Positions 49,329 through 58,799 of a stretch of 64,000 nt of DNA are shown in pieces. The DNA is from Candidatus Zhuqueibacterota bacterium (GTDB lineage: Bacteria > Zhuqueibacterota > Zhuqueibacteria > Thermofontimicrobiales > Thermofontimicrobiaceae). Under the pieces are notes generated by a model. That model saw only the letters and a program-made list of their open reading frames with translations, ran no database searches and was not told where the DNA came from. The translations under genes were made by a program, and so were the position numbers. The stretch spans positions 858,774 to 922,773 of the forward strand of contig JBMOPW010000014.1 in NCBI GenBank assembly GCA_049322915.1, written 5' to 3'. Positions within the stretch are counted from its first letter, which is position 1; every line of letters begins with the position of its first letter.

Positions 49329-52300
49329 ATGAGTCGTTACATGCATAAAGTACTACCAATCTTATGGTTGCTCTGGCCAGTAATTGGCCTGGCGCAATTG
49401 CAGCCAGTCGTCCCCCAGGACCAGCGGGGCCGCGTGGATGCAGAGCGCGCTGGCTACCACGACGCAGCAAATATTCGTACGGTCTTTTATAATTATGGCA
49501 TGGTCGGCGATTACCCATCCGACCCCGGCGGCGTTGACCTCAGTGTATTTCACTCGATGGAGGTGCCAAAAGGCAGTGGCTTGAACTACGCCGACGGGAC
49601 CACGCCCTTTGTGCTGGCAAAAGTGAAAGACACCAGCGGCAGAGATGTTTATATCATGGAAACAGGGTATCGCGAACGCCAGGCCACCAGCCCGTACAAC
49701 AATCGCGTGATGCGATTCGAACCCCGGCCCGGCTATTTTCAGGTGGACCCCGGCATCAATCAGGGACGGTCGCCGGCGATCAGCAATGATCCCAGAACCT
49801 GGCCAGGTATCTGGCCGGATCGGCTCGACGAAGCGGACGATCCAGGCTGGCCGGGAAGCTGGAGCGGCTATTTCGGCAAACGACCCAATGCGGATCAGGA
49901 AAGCTTCACGGTGATGGACGATGATTTCTACGACGCCTGGGATTATTACGCTGATTCACGGGATTCAACCCGACGCGGTTTGGGATTGCGCATCGAGGTG
50001 CGGGGGTTCCAGTGGTCAAATCCGCAATCGACCAATGTTATTTTCTGGCATTACGATATCACCAACGAAAGCACAACCGATTATGAAGACAACATCATTT
50101 TCGGAATGTACATGGATTCAGGCGTTGGCGGCTCGGCGCTGTCCTGCGATGGCGTGTACGAGTCCGACGACGACAATGCCTATTTCGACAAATCGTTCGG
50201 CCTGAACCTGGTGTACACCTGGGATAAATTGGGACATGGCGTGGCCTTGGGCGATAATTGCGGGGAGACAGGTTATTTGGGCTATGCGTACCTGGAAACG
50301 CCGGGCAACCAATTCAACGGGCAGGACGATGACAATGACGGCATCATTGATGAAAGTCGCGAAGATGTTGTGGGTGACTCGCTCACCGACCAGAACGCGA
50401 TACTGAATTATGTGAACACAAATTATAACGTCGCTTTGTTTGAAGAAGCGCTTGGATCGATTGCCAGCCGGCCGGCGTATCGTGCGGCCCGATGGTTTAC
50501 CGGCGATGAAGATATGGATTGGGTGGCAGATTTACACGATACCGGCGCTGATGGCGTTTTTGGGACAAATGACACAGGTGAAGGCGACGGCATTCCCACG
50601 AACGGAGAGCCAAGTTTTGGAAAGACCGATCTGAATGAATCGGACCAGATTGGGTTGACCGGATTTAAGATGAACCGCATCCGCGCCGGGCAGGGAAATC
50701 CGAGCGAAGAGACCGACGCCATCGTATTTTTCGATGATGGAAAAGGATGGCCGGAACGGCTCTTCAATTTCTTCACCGATGAAATCCCGGACGAACGTTT
50801 CGATCAAGCCCTGGTGTTGAACTACAATATCGGCTTTTTATTCGCTTCCGGACCATTCAAACTGAAAGCCGGCAAATCAGAGCGGTTCAGTCTGGCGCTG
50901 GTATTTGGCTCGGATCTGGTGGAATTGCGGGCAACGACCAAGACCGTCCAGCAAATTTACAATGCCAATTATCAATTCGCTGTGCCGCCGACTCAGCCGA
51001 TTGTCACAGCCGAAACCGGTGATGGATGGGTGCAACTCTCCTGGAATGATCTGGCCGAACGCGGCATTGATCCTGTCTCGCTGGAAGCGGATTTCGAAGG
51101 CTATCGGATTTACCGCTCCACGGACCCTGAATTTCGCGATCCGAAAGTGATCAGCAATGGGCGCGGCACCGGCCCGCTCGGCGAAGGTCGACCCATTGCG
51201 CAATTCGATTTGATAAACGACTACATAGGATTTTCCAAACAGGTCGTCGAGGGAGTCGCCTATTACCTGGGCGAAAATAATGGATTGACCCATTCCTGGA
51301 TCGATACAACGGTTACCAACGGGCAGAATTACTATTACGCGGTCACTGCCTACGATCACGGATCAGACTCGCTCGATTTCTATCCCTCAGAAAATTCGAT
51401 CGCGGTTTCGCGCACCCCGCGCGGCGGCACTATTTTGCCGACCCATGTGGTGCAGGTGCGGCCTGAGCCAAAAACGCTCGGATTCGTCCGCGCCGAGGCC
51501 AGCGATGGAGTTCAAATCAAAGGAAAAGGCGTTGCCACTGTCAACATTGAGGTCGTCAATTCTGACCTGGTCCCGGACGATCATATCTTCCTGCTCAAAT
51601 TCAAGGTGCCATCTTCGGATAGTGTCCGCGCCGCATTTTATGATCTCATCGATAGCACAACCCATGAAGAAGTGATCTCCGACGGATACGATCTGGATGG
51701 CAAGGGCATCGGTCAGGTCGGGCTCGGATTGCTGCCGGTCATTACCACGCCGAAAACCATAGAAATCGACACGACCCGAACAGGGTTCACCGCGACCAGT
51801 CTCACCAATATCAAGCTGAAAGCGTCGTATCAGACCCAGCTTCCGATTAACCGTCGTCGTCCCGGATTTCCGCATGATCTGAAGCTCACGTTTGCCAATA
51901 CGCCATTGGATACATCGCTCGCAGCCATCGGGATGCCGGCGAAAACGGCCTATTTCCGCGTGGACGCCATGACCGATAGCGGCGCGTATCAACTCCCGTT
52001 TCAATTCCGCGATTTGAATAATGACAAATTGCTCAGCGCTGCCGGGGAATTCATCAAAGTCGTCACCTATGTGCCTGAAAAAGGGACCCAGCCGCAAATC
52101 ACCTGGCTCGTCGAAGTGGATACCACAGGTCAGTCGGCGTTGGGCGAGATCATTCTCCCGGCTGAAAATGACGTGTACAATCTGCATCTCAATTACCCCC
52201 TTGGGAATGATGATGTTTTTATGTTCACCACGACCGGGCAGTTTGTTGATTCCAAAAAAGCTGCGCAGGAATTCAAAGACGATCCGTATGTTGTGCCCAA

Positions 52301-52586
52301 TCCGTATGTGGGCTCGGCCAGCTTTGAGGAGGAACGGTTTGCAATTTCAGGACGCGGCGAACGGCGGATTGAGTTCCGTAGTTTGCCTGGAAAATGCACA
52401 ATTCGCATCTTTACGGTTCGCGGCGAACTGGTGGAGACGCTGTTCCACGATGGTTCGTTGAACGGTTATATCCCCTGGGATTTGCGAACCAAGGATAACC
52501 TGGATGTTGCACCCGGACTCTATATTTTCCACGTCGATGCAGGCGCTTTAGGAACCAAAATTGGTAAATTTGCCATTATTAAATAA
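49329..52586 (+). CDS. Large secreted hypothetical protein with acidic Ca-binding-like motifs, FN3-like domain and variant CTD
   Basis: Signal peptide; DDDNDGIIDE, DTGADG..GEGDG; FEGYRIYRS...YYYAVTAYD; C-terminal VVPNPY...CTIRIFT..GELV...WDL...APGLYIFHV...KFAIIK. Confidence 0.75.
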   Translation: MSRYMHKVLPILWLLWPVIGLAQLQPVVPQDQRGRVDAERAGYHDAANIRTVFYNYGMVGDYPSDPGGVDLSVFHSMEVPKGSGLNYADGTTPFVLAKVKDTSGRDVYIMETGYRERQATSPYNNRVMRFEPRPGYFQVDPGINQGRSPAISNDPRTWPGIWPDRLDEADDPGWPGSWSGYFGKRPNADQESFTVMDDDFYDAWDYYADSRDSTRRGLGLRIEVRGFQWSNPQSTNVIFWHYDITNESTTDYEDNIIFGMYMDSGVGGSALSCDGVYESDDDNAYFDKSFGLNLVYTWDKLGHGVALGDNCGETGYLGYAYLETPGNQFNGQDDDNDGIIDESREDVVGDSLTDQNAILNYVNTNYNVALFEEALGSIASRPAYRAARWFTGDEDMDWVADLHDTGADGVFGTNDTGEGDGIPTNGEPSFGKTDLNESDQIGLTGFKMNRIRAGQGNPSEETDAIVFFDDGKGWPERLFNFFTDEIPDERFDQALVLNYNIGFLFASGPFKLKAGKSERFSLALVFGSDLVELRATTKTVQQIYNANYQFAVPPTQPIVTAETGDGWVQLSWNDLAERGIDPVSLEADFEGYRIYRSTDPEFRDPKVISNGRGTGPLGEGRPIAQFDLINDYIGFSKQVVEGVAYYLGENNGLTHSWIDTTVTNGQNYYYAVTAYDHGSDSLDFYPSENSIAVSRTPRGGTILPTHVVQVRPEPKTLGFVRAEASDGVQIKGKGVATVNIEVVNSDLVPDDHIFLLKFKVPSSDSVRAAFYDLIDSTTHEEVISDGYDLDGKGIGQVGLGLLPVITTPKTIEIDTTRTGFTATSLTNIKLKASYQTQLPINRRRPGFPHDLKLTFANTPLDTSLAAIGMPAKTAYFRVDAMTDSGAYQLPFQFRDLNNDKLLSAAGEFIKVVTYVPEKGTQPQITWLVEVDTTGQSALGEIILPAENDVYNLHLNYPLGNDDVFMFTTTGQFVDSKKAAQEFKDDPYVVPNPYVGSASFEEERFAISGRGERRIEFRSLPGKCTIRIFTVRGELVETLFHDGSLNGYIPWDLRTKDNLDVAPGLYIFHVDAGALGTKIGKFAIIK

Positions 52587-52600
52587 GAGGCAGGTGAGTC

Positions 52601-53674
52601 ATGAATAGAAATAATTTGAAATTAATTTTTACCCGAATAAAGGACGATAGAAAATATACACCGGTTTGGCTGCCTGTTTTTCTCTTGGTATCGATTGTGC
52701 TGTTCGGCGGTGTCGATGGACTGGCGCAATCGAAAACAGGCACGACAATTGGACAGTTCCTTCTCATTGAACCCAGCGCCCACTACACCGGGATGGGCAA
52801 TGCCGGGGTCGCTTCGTACGATGAAATTTCCGCGGCTTATTACAACCCCGGCGCCATCGGTCGTTTTCGGTCATACGCAGTTCAATTCACCCATAGTTTG
52901 TGGCTGGCCGATATCACCTACGACTACGGTGCTGTTTTAATTCCCATCGGGCCGGTGGGCAACCTGATGCTCAATGTGACGTCGTTGAATTCAGGGGAAA
53001 TTGCCGTCCGAACCGTGGACCAGCCGTTGGGCACCGGCGAACGATACACCGTGACGAACTTCGCCATCGGCATGGGCTACGGCCGACAGTTTACCGACCG
53101 TTTTTCCATGGGCGTTCAAATCACCTACATCAATGAATCCATTTGGCACAGTTCACTTTCCACAGTGGGACTCAGCGTGGGAACGCTGTACAATCTGACG
53201 AGCGACGGCGTTCGGGTGGGCGCCAGTATTTCCAATTTCGGTCTGCCGGCCAGGTATACGGGCCGGGATCTCCGAGTCGTCTATGACAATGACCCGGATA
53301 AATACGGCGATAACAGCAGTCTGCCCGGCGAAATCTATACAGAAAAATATCCCTTGCCGGTGCTGTTCCGCGTTGGATTGAGCTGGCCGATTCGGTTCTC
53401 CGAAAATAATCAGGTGCAATTGGCCGTGAACGCGTTTCATCCCAACGACAATACAGAAAGCATGAGCTTTGGCGCTGAGTGGATGTTGCTGAAAGTATTC
53501 GCCCTGAGAGCCGGCTATCAGAATCTGTTTTTGAAAGATTCGGAAGTGGGCCTGACTTTTGGACTTGGTTTGAATCTCGAATGGCAGGGTCGGACATTTC
53601 ACTTCGATTATGCCTGGGCCGATCACGGCCGATTGGAAAACACGCAGCGATTCACCGTTGGCTTCATGTTCTGA
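52601..53674 (+). CDS. PorV/PorQ-like outer-membrane beta-barrel
   Basis: KTGTTIGQFLLIEPSA..GMGNA, YYNPG, PLPVLFRVG, FALRAGY, FDYAW..GRL, terminal aromatic F. Confidence 0.8.
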   Translation: MNRNNLKLIFTRIKDDRKYTPVWLPVFLLVSIVLFGGVDGLAQSKTGTTIGQFLLIEPSAHYTGMGNAGVASYDEISAAYYNPGAIGRFRSYAVQFTHSLWLADITYDYGAVLIPIGPVGNLMLNVTSLNSGEIAVRTVDQPLGTGERYTVTNFAIGMGYGRQFTDRFSMGVQITYINESIWHSSLSTVGLSVGTLYNLTSDGVRVGASISNFGLPARYTGRDLRVVYDNDPDKYGDNSSLPGEIYTEKYPLPVLFRVGLSWPIRFSENNQVQLAVNAFHPNDNTESMSFGAEWMLLKVFALRAGYQNLFLKDSEVGLTFGLGLNLEWQGRTFHFDYAWADHGRLENTQRFTVGFMF

Positions 53675-54528
53675 TCGGCGGATTGGACTGCATTGCGACG
53701 ACGAGTGGATACACCATTCCACCTTCGATAAAAAGGCCTGATTCGTAAGGCCGGCATCGCCATGCTGCTTTCAATACATGGGTTTGTGTTGAGTCCTCCG
53801 GATAGCAGCGTCGATCGAATCTACCCGACGCTGCTATCCTGTATGGCGCGGATTCAAAGAGCCCGATAATTCTGTTTCAGGCAGCGATTGATCCGGAGGC
53901 GCCGAAGGATGAATCGCTGAATTCGATTCCAGATTGGGGCTGCCTAAGAAATTCATTTTGATGGTCTTATTCGACAGTAAATGGATTTCAGCGCTTCCGG
54001 TACAACGTTGCTGTGAATGATCCCAGCTATTGCTATAGAAATTTGAAGAATTGCCACCATACGCGACAACGCTGAATATCACTCATGAAGTCAGAAGTTG
54101 TTTATGAAATTATCAGACAAAAAAATGAAAAAGTATTATGGTAAAGTTGATGGTAACAGTCTATAAATTCTTTCGTTGAGTCTTAGCGTCTTTGTGGCCA
54201 TTGCATTACCCGGGTTAACTGTTCCGGAATTCTTCGGGCTGAACCCCGGATGATTGGAGATTCCAAAAATGTCTCTCCGTCATAAATGAAAAAGTCAGTG
54301 ATAAAGAAAGACAATCTCCGTTCCTGTGAACGGAGATTTTATTAACCCGCCCGATGTTGCGCTTCAGCCCAAATTCTATACAAAATCAGTCAATGGGTTA
54401 TTCCCGGTAGCGTGTGGCGCATGCAATCGGGATGGCGCTTATCAGGCAGCCTTTCTGTTTTACTATAAGTATACAATCCGGAAAGTAGAGATTGAAAATT
54501 ATTCATTGAACATTGAAAAGAGAACAAA

Positions 54529-56937
54529 ATGTCTGGCAAGTTTGAATCGAAATATGGCTATTTTACGGAAGATGGAAAAGAGTATGTGATAACTCGCCCT
54601 GATACGCCGAAGCCGTGGGTGAATGTCATTTCCAATGGGGATTTTGGCATGATCGTGTCGCAGGCAGGCGGTGGGTTTAGCTGGCGAAGACATAGCAATT
54701 TCAATCGGCTGACGCGGTGGAACCAGGATCTGGTTCAGGATAATTGGGGCAAATTCATTTACATCAGGGACAGGGATAACAATGACGTATGGTCAGCGGC
54801 ATTGCAGCCGGTGAAGAATCCCGGGGCGAAATACCATTGCCGGCATGGATTGGGCTACAGCGTGCTTTGTTCGGAATATGTAGGCGTGGAATCCGAATGG
54901 ACGCTGTTCGTGGCCGTCGATGCGCCCGTGGAAATCTGGCTGCTCAAAATCGCCAATCACGGGAAGAGGCCGCGGCATCTGTCGCTGTTCACCTATTTCG
55001 AGTGGTGTTTGGGATTCGCGCCGGACAATCACAGGGAGTTTCACAAGACATTCATTGAAACGCGTTTCGATACGCAGGATCAAGTTCTGTTTGCCACAAA
55101 ACGCCTCTGGGAAATTCAGGATGAAAAGGGTCGGAACTGGAACCGGGATTGGCCATTTGTCGCCTTTTTCTCTGCGAGCGAATCAGTGGTCGATTTCGAC
55201 GGCGACAAAGAATTATTTTTAGGGCGCAATGGCGATGTGAGAATGCCGGCAGCCGTGAGTCAGGGGCAGTGCAGCAACTCCGAAGGCAAATGGGGTGATG
55301 CCATGGCCTGCCTGCATATCGATGTGAATCTCGCTGCCGGAGAGAGTAAAACCATTGCATTCGCTCTGGGAGCGACGGACAACGCGCAGCAAGCCATTGA
55401 GCAGGTTAAAAAATATCGGAATCTTAAAACAGCGCAAGCGGAACTGGCGCGGGTGAAGTCGAAATGGGAGCAGCGATTGACCGTCTGTCACGTGGAGACT
55501 CCGGATGACGCTTTCAATTTTATGACCAACACCTGGCTCAAATACCAGGCCATCTCTGCCCGGTTATGGGGGCGGGCTGCGTATTACCAGCAGAGCGGCG
55601 CCTACGGATTCAGGGATCAATTGCAGGACAGTCAGGTCTTTCTGCCGATGGATGCAGAGTTGACGCGCCGGCAGATCAAACTTCACGCCGAACATCAGTT
55701 CAAAGACGGCTCGGTCTATCATTGGTGGCATCCGTACACGGAAACAGGGTTGCGCTCCAATGTCAGCGACAATCTGCTGTGGCTGCCGTTCGTCGTGATC
55801 GAATATATCAAAGAGACCGGATCGATGGCGATTCTGGATGAGCAGATCTGCTTCGCGGACGATACAGAACCGGCGCCGCTGTGGCTGCACTGTAAATTGG
55901 TCATAGAGCGGGCGCTGGCCTGGCGCAGCGAGCGGGGACTGCCGTTGATCGGCGCGCACGACTGGAACGATGGCCTCAATGCCGTCGGCAACGATATGCG
56001 CGGCGAATCCATCTGGATGGCCCATTTCCTGCATCGGATTCTTCGGGAATTTGCCGGGATCATTGAAACACACGCATCGAAAGAGCAGTTTAAATTTTGC
56101 CTGCCGGAAGCGGACAGGCTGAAGCAGGCGGTCAATGCGCACGGCTGGGATGGCGAATGGTACTGGCGGGCAACCAAAGACAACGGCGAGTTGGTTGGCA
56201 GTCATCAATGCACAGAAGGCAAAATTTACCTCAACGCGCAAACCTGGTCTGTGATCGCGAATACGGCCACGCCGCAGCGCGCGGAGATGGCCATGTCGTC
56301 CGCGGAAAAGCACCTGAACCGCGAATATGGCCCGCTGCTTTTGCAGCCAGCCTATTCAAAACCGGATTCGACCATCGGCTACATCACCCGCTACGCCCCG
56401 GGGCGCCGGGAAAATGGTGGCTTGTACACTCATGCCAGCGCCTGGGCCATCTGGGCAGAGACATTGCTGGGGAAAAATGATGTGGCGTTTGAGATGTATA
56501 AAAATTTCTGTCCCATCTATCGCGGCCTTGATCCGGATCTGTACCATGCCGAACCCTATGTCACGCCGGGCAATGTGGACGGCCCTGAATCGCCTGTGTT
56601 CGGGCGCGGCGGCTGGACCTGGTACACCGGCTCGGCAGCGTGGCTTTTCAAAATCAGTCTGGAACAGATACTCGGCATTCGTCCCCATGTCAGAGGATTG
56701 ATCATCGATCCCTGCATTCCTTCGGACTGGAAGGGCTTTACAGTCCACCGACAATTTCGCGGCGCATTTTATGAAATCAAAGTCGAAGCGGATGAAAATG
56801 GCGCAGCCGATGTCATTCAAATCGATGGCAAATTCCATACGCCGGAGCGGGTGGATGGCAGCGCGCTGATTCCTGTTTTCCCGGCCGGGACGCGGCATGT
56901 GGTCATTTACAAAATTGGCAAAAGGAAAGGAAAGTAA
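54529..56937 (+). CDS. GH94 glycoside phosphorylase (resembles the phosphorylase domain of cyclic beta-1,2-glucan synthase)
   Basis: YGYFTEDGKEYVI, TPKPWVN, YQQSGAYGFRDQLQD, HWWHP, DWNDGLN, ENGGLYTHA, WTWYTGSAAW; no signal peptide. Confidence 0.88.
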   Translation: MSGKFESKYGYFTEDGKEYVITRPDTPKPWVNVISNGDFGMIVSQAGGGFSWRRHSNFNRLTRWNQDLVQDNWGKFIYIRDRDNNDVWSAALQPVKNPGAKYHCRHGLGYSVLCSEYVGVESEWTLFVAVDAPVEIWLLKIANHGKRPRHLSLFTYFEWCLGFAPDNHREFHKTFIETRFDTQDQVLFATKRLWEIQDEKGRNWNRDWPFVAFFSASESVVDFDGDKELFLGRNGDVRMPAAVSQGQCSNSEGKWGDAMACLHIDVNLAAGESKTIAFALGATDNAQQAIEQVKKYRNLKTAQAELARVKSKWEQRLTVCHVETPDDAFNFMTNTWLKYQAISARLWGRAAYYQQSGAYGFRDQLQDSQVFLPMDAELTRRQIKLHAEHQFKDGSVYHWWHPYTETGLRSNVSDNLLWLPFVVIEYIKETGSMAILDEQICFADDTEPAPLWLHCKLVIERALAWRSERGLPLIGAHDWNDGLNAVGNDMRGESIWMAHFLHRILREFAGIIETHASKEQFKFCLPEADRLKQAVNAHGWDGEWYWRATKDNGELVGSHQCTEGKIYLNAQTWSVIANTATPQRAEMAMSSAEKHLNREYGPLLLQPAYSKPDSTIGYITRYAPGRRENGGLYTHASAWAIWAETLLGKNDVAFEMYKNFCPIYRGLDPDLYHAEPYVTPGNVDGPESPVFGRGGWTWYTGSAAWLFKISLEQILGIRPHVRGLIIDPCIPSDWKGFTVHRQFRGAFYEIKVEADENGAADVIQIDGKFHTPERVDGSALIPVFPAGTRHVVIYKIGKRKGK

Positions 56938-56941
56938 TCCC

Positions 56942-58798
56942 ATGAAGAATTCCATCGTTGCATTGGCCTGGCTGTGCCTGGTGGTTGGGCCAGCGCGCGC
57001 CGAATCCACCGCGCCGGGCCGCAATATTCAAACCCGATGCGGTGACAAAAGCGTCATCCTTCGCTGGGAGCGCAGCGCAGCAGAGGAGAATGCAGGCTAC
57101 TCCGTATATCGCGCTGACCAGCCGGATGGCCCCTTTCATCGGTTGAACGAGGCGCCCATTCGCCGCAGCAGCTATGTCGATTTCGACGTGGCCAACCGGA
57201 GAACCTATTACTACCAAATCCGCACCGACGCAGCGAACATCGAATCCGCGCAGGTGATCGGCGATGTTACCGCAATGCCTGATGCGCTGAATGACAGCAC
57301 TTTTCTCGATTTGCTTCAGCGAACGTCGTTTGATTTTTTCTGGTACGAAGCGAACGCTGCCAATGGATTGATCAGGGACCGCGATGAATCCTGGGCTCCC
57401 TGCAGCATCGCCTCGGTTGGATTCGGATTGAGCGCGATTTGCACGGGCATCGATCACCAATGGATTACGCGCGAGGCCGGACGCCAGCGCGTGCTCAATA
57501 CGCTGAACACGTTCTGGACCAAACCGCAGGGCAATCAGGCGACCGGGGTCATCGGTCACAAGGGATTTTTCTATCATTTTCTGGAGATGAATACCGGCTA
57601 CCGCACCTGGAATTGCGAATTGTCCTCCATCGACACCGCGCTGCTACTGGCTGGAATCCTCCACGCCAGGATGTACTTTTCCGAAGACCAGGCCGATGAG
57701 TTGATGATCCGGCAGTTGGCGGATTCAATCTATTACCGCGTCGACTGGCAGTGGATGCGGAATTATCAGCCGAACATCATGCTGGGCTGGTTCCCGGACA
57801 CAGGCTTCATCAATGCCTGGTGGCGGGGGTACAACGAAGCCATGATCATGTGCATTCTGGCGCTGGGCTCACCGACGCATCCGGTTCCGGCTTCCACCTG
57901 GTCTGCCTGGACCGGCGGCTATGCCTGGAAAACCCATTACGGCCAGACTTATATCGAATTTCCTCCGCTGTTCGGTCACCACTACTCCCACTGCTGGATT
58001 GATTTTCGGAATATTCAGGATGGCTATACTTCGGCCAAAGGCATTACCTATTTTGAAAATTCCGCGCGGGCGACCCTGGCCCAGCGCGCGTACTGCATCG
58101 ATAATCCCGGCAATTTTGTCGGCTACGGAGACAATGTCTGGGGCCTGACGGCGTGCGATGGCCCCAATGGTTACCAGGCCCGCGGCGCGCCCCCGGCTCA
58201 GAACGACAACGGCACAATCGCTCCCACGGCCGCCGGCGGTTCCATTGCATTCACGCCGGAGGTGTCCATACCGGCGCTGAAGCACATGTACGATACCTAT
58301 CGCACCAGCATCTGGAAGGAGTACGGCTTCCGCGATGCATTCAACCTGACGCAGAACTGGTGGGGCCCGGATGTGATTGGCATTGACGAAGGGCCTATTG
58401 TGCTGATGATTGAAAATCATCTCACCGGCCGCGTCTGGGAAAAATTCATGCAAAACGAGGATATTCAGCGGGGACTGGAACGGGCTGGATTCAGCCTGGT
58501 CAACAACGTAGAGGCCAAAGAGGCAGTGACTCCGACGTCCTATCAATTGCAACAGAATGCTCCGAACCCTTTCAATCCGGCGACGACCATTCGTTACTCG
58601 CTGCCCCAAGCCGGCTTTGTCACGCTCACCGTGTTCAATCTGATGGGACAGGAAGTGGCAACCCTCGTGAATGGCCCCATGCCGGCCGGCAATTTCACCG
58701 TGAATTTCGATGCTGCCAATTTGAGTTCCGGAATATATTTTTATCGATTGCAAGCGGATGAATTTTCAGCAATTAAAAAAATGATTGTGGTGGAGTGA
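56942..58798 (+). CDS. Secreted GH144-like (glucoamylase-family) hydrolase with N-terminal FN3 and T9SS sorting domain
   Basis: SIASVGFGL, GHKGFFYHFL, ELSSIDTALL, GYNEA, PLFGHHYSHCWIDFR, GIDEGP; QNAPNPFNP...SSGIYFYRL. Confidence 0.85.
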   Translation: MKNSIVALAWLCLVVGPARAESTAPGRNIQTRCGDKSVILRWERSAAEENAGYSVYRADQPDGPFHRLNEAPIRRSSYVDFDVANRRTYYYQIRTDAANIESAQVIGDVTAMPDALNDSTFLDLLQRTSFDFFWYEANAANGLIRDRDESWAPCSIASVGFGLSAICTGIDHQWITREAGRQRVLNTLNTFWTKPQGNQATGVIGHKGFFYHFLEMNTGYRTWNCELSSIDTALLLAGILHARMYFSEDQADELMIRQLADSIYYRVDWQWMRNYQPNIMLGWFPDTGFINAWWRGYNEAMIMCILALGSPTHPVPASTWSAWTGGYAWKTHYGQTYIEFPPLFGHHYSHCWIDFRNIQDGYTSAKGITYFENSARATLAQRAYCIDNPGNFVGYGDNVWGLTACDGPNGYQARGAPPAQNDNGTIAPTAAGGSIAFTPEVSIPALKHMYDTYRTSIWKEYGFRDAFNLTQNWWGPDVIGIDEGPIVLMIENHLTGRVWEKFMQNEDIQRGLERAGFSLVNNVEAKEAVTPTSYQLQQNAPNPFNPATTIRYSLPQAGFVTLTVFNLMGQEVATLVNGPMPAGNFTVNFDAANLSSGIYFYRLQADEFSAIKKMIVVE

Positions 58799-58799
58799 A

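Noticed and set aside
53675..54528. 850-bp gap inside the glycan locus with short ORFs and a ctttgtggc...cccgggtta fragment
   Set aside because: The ORFs lack recognisable motifs, and I could not define ends or a target duplication for a repeat; no copy of the 16-bp operator seen
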